Below, piece by piece: positions 27,228 through 47,239 of a DNA stretch of 64,000 nt. Position 1 is the first letter of the stretch; every line of letters starts with the position of its first letter. Origin of the DNA: the human T2T-CHM13v2.0 reference genome, Homo sapiens; assembly GCF_009914755.1 (NCBI RefSeq), contig NC_060930.1; one strand, written 5' to 3'. Under the pieces are notes generated by a model. That model did no database searches. It saw nothing but the letters and a program-made list of their open reading frames with translations, and was not told the DNA's origin. The translations under genes were made by a program, and so were the position numbers.

Positions 27228-28732
27228 TTTTAAATTGACAAATAATAATTGTATCTATGGGGTACAATGTAATGTTTTGATACATGTTTAAATTGTGGAA
27301 AGATTAGGTCTATCTTATTGACATACATATCTTTTTTGTGGTGAAAACATTTAAAATCTACTCTGTTAGTCATTTTGAAACATACAATACCTTGTTATTT
27401 ATTACAGTCACCATTCCGTGCAATAGTTCACTGAAACTTTGTCTAACTGAAACTTTGAACCCTTTTATCAACATCTACCTTTTCCATGTCTACCCCCAAC
27501 TCCTAGCCTCTGATAATCACCATTCCATTCTCTACTTCTATGAATTCAACTTTTTCAGATTCCACATATCAGTGAGATCATGTGATATTTGTCTTTTCGT
27601 GCCTGGCTTATTTCACTTAGCGTGATATCTTCTGGGTTAATTCATGTTGTCACATATATCAGGTTTTCCTTCCTATTAAGGCTGAGTAGTATTCCATTGT
27701 ATATATTCACTACATTTTCTTCATCCATTTGTCAGTTGATAGACACCTGTGTTGATTTCATATTTGGGTATTGTGAATAATGCTGCAATGAACATGAGCC
27801 TGGAGATATCTCTTCAGCATATTGACTTAAATTCCTTTGGATATATACAAGGAAGTGGGATTGCTGGATCATATAGTAATTCTAGTTTTAGTTTTTTGAG
27901 TAACTTTTATCTATTTTTCATAATAGTATTAATTTACATTTCCACCAACAGTGTACGAGGGTTCCCTTTTCTCTGTATCCTCTTCAACACTTGTTATCTT
28001 TTATCATTTTGATAGTAGCCATTCTAACAGGTATGAAGTGGCATCTCACTGTCATTTTAATTTGCATTTCCCTGATAATTAGGATGACAAACTTTTTTTA
28101 TGTTAGTCATTTGTATTTTTTTTGAGAAATGTCTATTTAGGACCTTGCCCATTTTTTGACTTGGTTATTTGTTTTCTTGATATTGAGTTGAGTCCCTTAT
28201 ATATTTGGAGATTAGCCTTTCATCAGATGTATGCTCTGCAAATATTTTCTCACAACTTGTAGGTTGTCTCTTCACCATATTGTTTCCTTTGCTGTGCAGA
28301 AGCTTTTTAGTTTGATGCAATCCCATATATTTTTGCTTTTGTTGCCTGTGCTTTGGGGGTTATATCCAAGAAATCTTTGACCAAACCAACATTGTGGAAC
28401 TTTTCCCCTATGTTTTCATCTAGTAGTTTTACAGTTTTATGTTTAAACCTTTAATCCATTTTGAATTGATTTTTGTGTATGGTGTGAGATAAGGATACAC
28501 ACCATACACATTCATGTTCTTCTGCATGTGGATATCTAGTTTTCTTAACACCATTTATTGAAACAAATGTCTATTCTTCATTACGTTTTCTGGGCACCTT
28601 TGTCAAAAATTTATTGGTCATAAATGCATGAGTTTATTTCTGGGTTCCTTATTCTGTTCCCCTGGTCAATGTGTCTGTTTTTGTGCAAGTGTCATGTTGT
28701 TTTGATTACTATGGTTTTGTGATACGTATTTG
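27228..28732 (-). mobile_element. L1MA (MA6-9-like) 3' part; host of the WBP1L retrocopy, continuing at 37073-38152 and ~39090-39580
   Basis: 3'UTR GTGGTGAAAACATTTAAAATCTACTC. ORF2 stops at ...GATTACTATGGTTTTGTGATA and resumes as TGTAATATGTTTTGAAGTCAG at 37073. Confidence 0.85.
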
Positions 28733-37072
<8,340 letters not shown>

Positions 37073-38152
37073 TGTAATATGTTTTGAAGTCAGATTGTGA
37101 GGCCTTCAGCTTTGTTCTTATTGCTCAAGAGTCCTTTAGTTATTCAGGATCCTTTGTGGTTCCATATAAATTTTCAAATTGTTTTTTCTATTTCTGTGAA
37201 GAATGACATTGAAATTTTGATAAATATTGCATTAAACCTATAAATCGCTTTGGGCAGTAAGGACATTTTAAGAATATTAATTCTTCCTACCCATGAACAT
37301 AAAATATCTTTCCATGTATTTGTGTCATCTACAATTTTTCATCAATGTTTTATAGTGTTCAGAATACAGATCTTTCACCTCCTTGGTTAAATGTACTCCT
37401 AAGTACTATCCTAAATGTGCTCCTAAACAAAAAAAATACGTTTTTTTTGATGCTACTGTGAATGAGATTGATTTCTTTATTTTTGTCATATAGTTTGTTG
37501 TGAGTGTAAAGAAACTACTGAGTTTTGTACATTGATTTTGAATTCTGAAATTTTATTGAATTCATTTATCATTTCTAATAGCTTTTTGGTGGAGTTTTTA
37601 GGGTTTCCTATATATAATATGTCATCAAACAGAGACAATTTTACTTCTTCCTTTTCAATTTGAATATTTTATTTCTTTATTTGGCTTAATTGCTCTGGCT
37701 AGGACTTCCAGAAATAAGTTGAATAGAAGTAGTGAGAATAAATATCCTTGTCTTGTTTTTGATCTTAGCAGAAAAGATTTCACTTTTTCATTGTTGGGTA
37801 TGATGTGAGCTGTGAGCTTGTTATATATGTCCTGTTTTGTGTTAAGGTACATGCCTTCTATGCCCAATTTGTTGAGAGGTTTAGTCATGAGAGGATTTTG
37901 AATTTAGTCAAATGCTTTTTCTGCATATATAGAGATAGCTATTTTTTTATCCTTCATTCTGTTAATGTGGTTTATCACATTTGATTTGTGTTTGCTGAAA
38001 CATCTGGAGGATAAATCCACTTTATCATGGTAAATGTTCTCCTAATATGTTGTTAAATTCTGTTTGCTAGTACTTTTTTTTGAGGACTTTTGTATCTGTG
38101 TTCATCAGGGATATTGGTTGGCCCATACTTTTCTTATAGTGTCCTTGTTTGC

Positions 38153-39075
38153 CTTTTTATTTTTATTTTTATTTATTTATTTTTTAAATTATACTTTAAG
38201 TTTTAGGATACATGTGCACAACGTACAGGTTAGTTACATATGTATACATGTGCCATGCTGGTGTGCTGCACCCATTAACTCATCATTTAACATTAGGTAT
38301 ATCTCCTAATGCTATCCCTCCCCCCTCCCCCCACCCCACAACAGGCCCCAGTGCTAATATCCGGAATCTACAATGAACCCAAACAAATTTACAAGAAAAA
38401 AACAAACAACCCCATCAAAAAGTGGGCAAAGGATATGAACAGACACTTCTCAAAAGAAGACATTTATGCAGCCAAAAAACACATGAAAAAATGCTCACTA
38501 TCACTGGCCATCAGAGAAATGCAAATCAAAACCACAATGAGATACCATCTTACACCAGTTAGAATGGCCATCATTAAAAAGTCAGGAAACAACAGGTGCT
38601 GGAGAGGATGTGGAGAAATAGGAACATTTTTACACTGTTGGTGGGACTGTAAACTAGTTCAACCATTGTGGAAGACAGTGTGGTGATTCCGCAGGGATCT
38701 AGAACTAGAAATACCATTTGACCCAGCCATCCCATTACTGGGTATATACCCAAAGGACTATAAATCATGCTGCTATAAAGACACATGCACACGTATGTTT
38801 ACTGTGGCACTATTCACAATAGCAAAGACTTGGAACCAATCCAAATGTCCAACAATGATAGACTGGATTAAGAAAACGTGGCACATATACACCATGGAAT
38901 ACTATGCAGCCATAAAAAATGATGAGTTCATGTCCTTTGTAGGGACATGGATGAAGCTGGAAACCATCATTCTCAGCAAACAATCACAAGGACAAAAAAC
39001 CAAACACCGCATGTTCTCACTCATAGGTGGGAATTGGACAATGAGAACACATGGACACAGGAAGGGGAACATCAC
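38153..39075 (-). mobile_element. 5'-truncated, 5'-inverted L1PA (PA3-4-like)
   Basis: 38153-38353 is the antisense 3' end with poly-T; 38353-39075 is sense-strand ORF2 C-terminus/3'UTR ending at GGGGAACATCAC, the point where the other segment starts. Confidence 0.92.
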
Positions 39076-39699
39076 TTTAAAAAAAAACAATAATGCTGAT
39101 CTTTTAAAATGAGTTTGGAAATACTCTTTCTCCTTCAAGTTTTTGGAAGAATTTCAGAAGGATTGTATTATTATTTTTTAAAATGTTAGAATTCAGCAAT
39201 GAAGTTTTCTGGTCCTGGGATGTTCTTTGATGGGAGATGTTTTATTATTGATATACTCTCCATACTCAGTATTGTTCTGTTCAGATTTTATCTTTCTTCT
39301 TGACTTTCTCTAGGTAAGTTGCATTTTTCTAGAAATTTATCTGCTTTTTCTAGGTTATCCAATTTGTTGGCTTGTAATTGTTTATAGTGGCCCCTTATGA
39401 TCCTCTGTATTTCTGTGGTATTAGTTGCAATATTTCCTCTTTCATTTCTGATTTTATTGCTTTGAGTATTCTCTCATTTTTCTAGTCTAGCTAATGGTTT
39501 GTCAGTTTTATCTTTTCAAAGAACAAATTCTTAGTTTCATTGATCTGTTCTATTTTCTTTCACAGTCTTTTTTGTATTTGAAGGACTTGTATTTGTTAAC
39601 TGGCTCAAGCCTGGACATTTGTTGAGGTGCTATGAGTCTCTATTGCTCTCATTTCTCTTCACTAGACATAGAAATTTTCTGATTACACGAATCAAATAA

Positions 39700-40535
39700 G
39701 ACTAATAAGCTTCCCAGGGATGAATCCCACTTAAGCATGGTGAATTTTTTTGCTGTGTTTTTTTAAAAATAATATTTGCTAATATTTGGCTGAAGGTTTT
39801 TCCATCCAAGTTCATCAGGAGTATTGGTCTGCAATTTATTTTTATTATAGTGTCCTTCTCTGGTTTTGGTATCAGGGTAATGCTGGTTTTGAAAAATGAA
39901 TTTGGAAGTATTCCTCTTCTTCATTTTTTTTGGAAGAGTTTGGGAAGGATTGGTGTTAATCATCTAAGTGTTTGTTGGAATTCAGCCACCAAGCCATTCA
40001 ATCCTGGGTCTTTCTTTTATGAGAGACCTTTCATTGGTGATTTAATTTCCTTATTCATGATTTCTTCTAAATTTTGAATTCTTCATGATTCAGTTTTGGT
40101 ACGAGTTTATCAATTTCTTCTAGGTTATCTAATTTGCTGGTGAATAATTGTTTATAGTAGTATGTTATGATTTTTTAACTTCTGTGGTATCAGTTGTAAT
40201 GTCTCTTCTTTCACTTATGAGTTTGTTTTCTTTTTTCTTAGTCTATGTAAGAATTTGTTAATTTTGTTTATCTTTTCAAAAAACAATTCTTATTTTTATT
40301 GAAATTTTCAGTTTCTATTATATTATTTCTGCTCTGATCTTTGTTATTTGTTTCCTTCTGCTATCTTTGGGCTTGTATTGTTCTCTAATTTTCTCGCTCC
40401 TTTAGGCATAATATTAGGTTGCTTATTTGAGATCTTTTTTTTCTTTTTTGATGTAGGCATTTATTGCTATAAATGTCCCTCTTATAACTGCTTTTGTTGC
40501 ATCCCATATGTTTTAGTATGTTATGTTTCCATTTT
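39700..40535 (-). mobile_element. L1M ORF2 remnant
   Basis: GGTTTTGGTATCAGGGTAATGCTGG; minus-strand ORF2-like translation. Confidence 0.7.
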
Positions 40536-40957
40536 CATGCTACCTGATTTTAGAATATATTTCAAAGCATGGGGTATAGTGCTTTTAAAAAGAGGCTATA
40601 TATAGGTATATATAAAAACAATACACACATTATATATAAACTATGACATGCTTGTAAAGAAAAGAGAACATAAAGTTTCTGAGGAAATAATTAGAAGAAC
40701 AAGAGGATGCAAAGGGGTCTGTCAAAGATTCAGTGAAATGAGGGTTTTTGGATATTCACAGCTAATAGATTAATGCATTAGGAATGAGCAAAAAAATTGA
40801 TGGTAGTCAAACAGAGGGAGGGAGGTAGATTTTGAATGATTCAAAGCAGGAGTGTTTTGAAGGTAAACAGAATAACTAAAAAGAAAGACTCAGATGAAAA
40901 GCCTAGATTTAAAGCATTTGAATCAAGAGGTGGTAATCTAGGAATTAGGTTGATTTC

Positions 40958-41090
40958 TTTTTTTTTAAATTTGTGTAGCTTTTTATTTTATTTTTTATTA
41001 TACTTTAAGTTTTAGGGTACATGTGCACAAAGTGCAGGTTTGTTACATATGTATACATGTGCCATGTTGGTGTGCTGCACCCAGAAGACT
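40958..41090 (-). mobile_element. Very short L1PA 3' end with split poly-A tail
   Basis: TATACTTTAAGTTTTAGGGTACATGTGCAC...GCTGCACCCA; TSD GGTT(G/A)ATTTC at 40948 and 41091. Confidence 0.85.
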
Positions 41091-41866
41091 GGTTAATTTC
41101 AATAACCTAAAAATCCACAAGGTGGGAGTGTTTCACTGAAGCCAGTTGTTAGAGAAACGTTAGAACCAACTTCCTTTTTTTCTCTGTCCCTTCTTCTCTG
41201 CTTTCTTCTTTTCTCCTCCTCCTCCTCCCTTTACTCTCCTTCTTCTCTCTCTGTTTTTCTAATCATGAAAACAAACGAAAAAAACTATGAGCAAGAGCAC
41301 AGAAAAAAGACTAGCAAAGACTGCAGTTATTGAAAGTATCAGATACAGAAAATAAAATAAAATAACTATATTTAGTATGTTTAAAGTAAAACAAAAAATT
41401 AAAAATATCATAATGGAACAGGAAACTCTAGAGAATGGCCAAGAAGATTAAAAGAAAACAAATAGAATGTCCATAGAGAATAACATAATTGAAATTTAAA
41501 CCCAAATGAATGGTTTTAACAGAATATTAGTATGTTAGAAGCAGTTGAAGAGTGAACTAGTAAACTGTAATATAGGTCAGAAGGGGCTATCCAAAATGAA
41601 CACAGGAATAAAGACATGGAAAATAAGAAACATGTAGTTAGGAGACATGGAAGACAGAGGGGGAAATGCTAAAAAGTTTTAAAGAGTGTTTCAGAAGGAG
41701 AGAAAGGAGATCATGAATCAGTGTATATATTTTTTAAATTTTATTTTATGTTCTGGGATACACGTGCAGAAAGTGTAGGTTTGATACATAGGTAAATCTG
41801 TGCCATGGTGGTTTGCTGCACCCATCAACCCATCACCTAGGTATGAGGCCCTGCATGCATTAGCTA

Positions 41867-44409
41867 TTTGTCCTGATGGTCTCCTACCCCCTGTCCCCCT
41901 GAGAGGCCCTGGTGTGTGTTGTTCCCCTCCATGTACCCACGTGTTTGTCCTGATGGTCTCCTACCCCCTGTCCCCCTGAGAGGCCCTGGTGTGTGTTGTT
42001 CCCCTCCATGTACCCACGTGTTTGTCCTGATGGTCTCCTACCCCCTGTCCCCCTGAGAGGCCCTGGTGTGTGTTGTTCCCCTCCATGTACCCACGTGTTT
42101 GTCCTGATGGTCTCCTACCCCCTGTCCCGCTGAGAGGCCCTGGTGTGTGTTGTTCCCCTCCATGCATCCACGTGTTTGTCCTGATGGTCTCCTACCCCCT
42201 GTCCCCCTGAGAGGCCCTGGTGTGTGTTGTTCCCCTCCATGTATCCACGTGTTTGTCCTGATGGTCTCCTACCCCCTGTCCCCCTGAGAGGCCCTGGTGT
42301 GTGTTGTTCCCCTCCATGTACCCACGTGTTTGTCCTCATGGTCTCCTACCCCCTGTCCCCCTGAGAGGCCCTGGTGTGTGTTGTTCCCGTCCATGTATCC
42401 ACGTGTTTGTCCTGATGGTCTCCTACCCCCTGTCCCCCTGAGAGGCCCTGGTGTGTGTTGTTCCCCTCCATGTATCCACATGTTTGTCCTGATGGTCTCC
42501 TACCCCCTGTCCCGCTGAGAGGCCCTGGTGTGTGTTGTTCCCCTCCATGTATCCACGTGTTTGTCCTGATGGTCTCCTACCCCCTGTCCCCCTGAGAGGC
42601 CCTGGTGTGTGTTGTTCCCCTCCATGTATCCACGTGTTTGTCCTGATGGTCTCCTACCCCCTGTCCCCCTGAGAGGCCCTGGTGTGTGTTGTTCCCCTCC
42701 ATGTATCCACGTGTTTGTCCTGATGGTCTCCTACCCCCTGTCCCGCTGAGAGGCCCTGGTGTGTGTTGTTCCCCTCCATGTACCCACGTGTTTGTCCTGA
42801 TGGTCTCCTACCCCCTGTCCCCCTGAGAGGCCCTGGTGTGTGTTGTTCCCCTCCATGTACCCACGTGTTTGTCCTGATGGTCTCCTACCCCCTGTCCCGC
42901 TGAGACGCCCTGGTGTGTGTTGTTCCCCTCCGTGTATCCACGTGTTTGTCCTGATGGTCTCCTACCCCCTGTCCCCCTGAGAGGCCCTGGTGTGTGTTGT
43001 TCCCCTCCATGTATCCACGTGTGTGTCTTGATGGTCTCCTACCCCCTGTCCCCCTGAGAGGTCCTGGTGTGTGTTGTTCCCCTCCATGTACCCACGTGTT
43101 TGTCCTGATGGTCTCCTACCCCCTGTCCCGCTGAGAGGCCCTGGTGTGTGTTGTTCCCCTCCATGTATCCACGTGTTTGTCCTGATGGTCTCCTACCCCC
43201 TGTCCCCCTGAGAGGCCCTGGTGTGTGTTGTTCCCCTCCATGTACCCACGTGTTTGTCCTGATGGTCTCCTACCCCCTGTCCCCCTGAGAGGCCCTGGTG
43301 TGTGTTGTTCCCCTCCATGTATCCACGTGTTTGTCCTGATGGTCTCCTACCCCCTGTCCCGCTGAGAGGCCCTGGTGTGTGTTGTTCCCCTCCATGTATC
43401 CACGTGTTTGTCCTGATGGTCTCCTACCCCCTGTCCCCCTGAGAGGCCCTGGTGTGTGTTGTTCCCCTCCATGTACCCACGTGTTTGTCCTGATGGTCTC
43501 CTACCCCCTGTCCCCCTGAGAGGTCCTGGTGTGTGTTGTTCCCCTCCATGTACCCACGTGTTTGTCCTGATGGTCTCCTACCCCCTGTCCCGCTGAGACG
43601 CCCTGGTGTGTGTTGTTCCCCTCCATGTATCCACGTGTTTGTCCTGATGGTCTCCTACCCCCTGTCCCCCTGAGAGGCCCTGGTGTGTGTTGTTCCCCTC
43701 CATGTACCCACGTGTTTGTCCTGATGGTCTCCTACCCCCTGTCCCGCTGAGACGCCCTGGTGTGTGTTGTTCCCCTCCATGTATCCACGTGTTTGTCCTG
43801 ATGGTCTCCTACCCCCTGTCCCCCTGAGAGGCCCTGGTGTGTGTTGTTCCCCTCCATGTACCCACGTGTTTGTCCTGATGGTCTCCTACCCCCTGTCCCG
43901 CTGAGACGCCCTGGTGTGTGTTGTTCCCCTCCATGTATCCACGTGTTTGTCCTGATGGTCTCCTACCCCCTGTCCCCCTGAGAGGCCCTGGTGTGTGTTG
44001 TTCCCCTCCATGTATCCACGTGTTTGTCCTGATGGTCTCCTACCCCCTGTCCCCCTGAGAGGCCCTGGTGTGTGTTGTTCCCCTCCATGTACCCACGTGT
44101 TTGTCCTGATGGTCTCCTACCCCTGTCCCCCTGAGAGGCCCTGGTGTGTGTTGTTCCCCTCCATGTATCCACGTGTTTGTCCTGATGGTCTCCTACCCCC
44201 TGTCCCCCTGAGAGGCCCTGGTGTGTGTTGTTCCCCTCCATGTACCCACGTGTTTGTCCTGATGGTCTCCTACCCCCTGTCCCCCTGAGAGGTCCTGGTG
44301 TGTGTTGTTCCCCTCCATGTACCCACGTGTTTGTCCTGATGGTCTCCTACCCCTGTCCCCCTGAGAGGCCCTGGTGTGTGTTGTTCCCCTCCATGTATCC
44401 ATGTGTTTG
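41867..44409. repeat. 77-bp minisatellite/VNTR, ~33 copies, derived from L1 3'UTR
   Basis: Unit TTTGTCCTGATGGTCTCCTACCCCCTGTCCCCCTGAGAGGCCCTGGTGTGTGTTGTTCCCCTCCATGTA(C/T)CCACGTG. TCCTGATGG occurs at 41871, 41948 ... 44334. Two 76-bp units lie near the right end. Confidence 0.97.
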
Positions 44410-44676
44410 CTCTCATTGTTCAACTCCCTCTTACGACTGAGAACATGTGGTGTTTGGTTTTCTGTTCCTGTGTTAGTTTGCTGAGGGTGATGGCTTCCAG
44501 CTTCATCCATGTCCCTGCAAAGAACATGATCTCATTTATTTTAATGGCTGCATAGTATTCCATGGTGAATATATATCACATTTTCTTTATCCAATATATC
44601 ATTGATGGGCATTTGGGTTGATTCCATGTATTTTCTATCGTAAATAGTGCTGCAATAAACATATGTGTGCATGTAT

Positions 44677-44833
44677 ATGTATGTGTGTGTGTATATATAT
44701 GTAGTTATAATATGTATATATATGTGTATATATATGTGTGTATATATACACATATATATACATTTACATATATAATATCTGTATATATGTATATATATGT
44801 GTATATATATGTATGTATATGTATATATATATA
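44677..44833. repeat. Imperfect (TA/TG)n microsatellite
   Basis: TATATATGTGTATATATATG-type runs next to the Alu poly-T. Confidence 0.9.
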
Positions 44834-45124
<291 letters not shown>

Positions 45125-45528
45125 TGTGCATGTATCTTTATAATAGAATGATTTATATTCCTTTGGGCATATATCCAGTAAAGGGATTGCTGGGGCAAAT
45201 GGCATTTCTGGTTCTAGATCTTTGAGGAATTTTCACACTGCCTTCCACAGTGAATGAACTAATTTACATTCCCACAAACAGTGTAAAAACATTCCTATTT
45301 CTCCACAGCCTTACCAGCAACTGTTGTTTCTGGAGTTTTTGATAATCACCATTAAGACTGGTTTGAGATAGTATCTCATTGTGGTTTTGAGTTGCATTTC
45401 TCTAATGATCAGTGATTTGAGCTTTTTTTCATATGTTTGTTGGCCACATCCATGTCTTCTTTTGAGAATTGTCTGTTCATGTCCTTTGGCCAATTTTTGA
45501 TGGTTTTTTTTTTTCTTGTAAATTTAAG

Positions 45529-46565
45529 TTCTCCATAGGAGCAGGTGCTCTAATTGCTTGGAGGTCTGCCTATGTGTGGAGATGAGAGGGCCTCACTGCA
45601 CTATAATCTCAGCACAGGAAGGTTGGGGAAGCTCAGGCTGCTGATCCAGTCAAGTGGGTACTCCACATACCTGGAAATCTGCCTGGCCATAGACTGGAGA
45701 GGGCCCCACTGCACCACAACCTATGTTTACAAACGGTGGGGTAGCTCAGGATGCTGGTCCAGGTAGACAGGTGCTCCAATGCCTGAATTTCTGCCTGGGG
45801 GTGAAGCAGAGAAAGCCCTGCTGTATCACATTCTCAGGGGAACAGGCTGGGGCACCCAGCAATGACACCTGCAGACTGGTTGTAGGTCTCCAAGCTGGCC
45901 CTGGCTGCAAGTTTCATCACCTGGGAGAAATTACAGCTGTAGCAGCTTTTCTGTTGCCCCGAGGCTGCGATGGGGGAAAGCACAATTCCAGCACATACTG
46001 CTGAGGTGTTTCCCACAATATGGCTGTGAAGGTCCCTACCAAGCCCCAAAGCAGTTGTTCCAATCTTTGGCCTGAGACTAAAATGCCTGTGCAGGCATTC
46101 TGCTGGGTCACAAAAAGAAAAAAAAAAGCTGACTTTGCATGCATCCAGATTGAAAATGGCATCTTGCTCTTACTTCCTGGTCTGGGAAAATGTCTGCAGC
46201 TGTTCCCAGTGTCTTTGCTTCACAGCATCTCCAAGCCTCTCCCCATGTTGACTCCAGGCCTTGGGAGAAACAAAATGCAACAACTTGGCTGGGGTTGCTC
46301 AGATTCACAGTGAAAATGTCAGTTACAGAGGGAGGCTCTCTGCCTCTCTCACATACTAGGACTTCGCTCACTTTTATAAGCTGGTTGCTGTCATGTTGAC
46401 TGTTTGCTCACATTCTCCTTCTTGGGATCTATGATGTCCTTCATGATTCTGGTGGATTCCCATTTTCCTTCTTGACTTAGAGCTCACAGAGTTGACCTTT
46501 GTGCACTCTCTTGCTATTTCTAAGTGGCCGAGGCACACTAAAAGCCTCTAATTTATCATCTTGGG
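45529..46565 (-). mobile_element. L1 5'UTR (L1PA8A-12/L1P3-like)
   Basis: Minus strand begins CCAAGATGATAAATTAGAGGCTTTTAGTGTGCCTCGGCCACTTAGAAATAGCAAG; GC-richer ~1 kb segment. Confidence 0.7.
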
Positions 46566-46607
46566 AAAAAAACAAAACAGGGAAGTTTGCTTTTGCAAAT
46601 TGTTGTT

Positions 46608-47088
46608 TGTGGGGGTCTGTCCTGCAGACCCCAGCTGCACGAGGGATGAATAATGTACTCAGACACCAATTATTCAGTGAAAGAGCCGCTAGGGGGCTGG
46701 GCCGTGCACAGAAAGAGTTCTGGCAGCCACGAGCCCTGACTAGCTAGCCCTGCCAGCATTTATTGAAAAAACATTAAATGACAGGGGCTTTTAGTCAACA
46801 CAAATAGAGGGTAATTAACCTGGTCACCCTCCCCCGAGAGAGAGCCATCCTGCCTGTGAATGATCAAAGGTTGGCTTCAGGACCACATGAGTAAACAAGT
46901 TATTTAGATAAACTCCCTTACATTCCTTTGCACCTACTTTAAGCTATTTACTCAAGGAAGGATTAGGCCGCCTTCATTCAGATCTATTACTGAAGCTATA
47001 CAACACCCCCAGCCTTCCATGAAGGTTTGTGTCGATTTCTTATAACTATCTTTAAAATTTTTCCCACCAGCCTGACTGAACTCCCACA
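46608..47088 (-). mobile_element. Solo LTR22-like LTR (HERV-K22/HML-5)
   Basis: Minus strand starts TGTGGGAGTTCAGTCAGGCTGGTGGGAAAAAT; TG...CA termini; 6-bp TSD GTTGTT at 46602-46607 and 47089-47094. Confidence 0.88.
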
Positions 47089-47239
47089 GTTGTTGCTACT
47101 TTTTGAAATTGAAATACTTCTAGGAAGACTGATTAAGAACAATATAGAGAAAAGACATATTTTTCAAACTCCTGATGAAGAAGAAACATCCGTTATTAAT
47201 ATATAGCTAATAAAAAGATAAGAGATGTTGTGGAAAACT

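Noticed and set aside
41867-44409. CRISPR-like array or repeat-protein gene
   Set aside because: Units are contiguous with no unique spacers and no cas genes are present. The 77-bp period is not a multiple of 3, so the listed ORFs are frame-rotating artefacts of L1-derived sequence.
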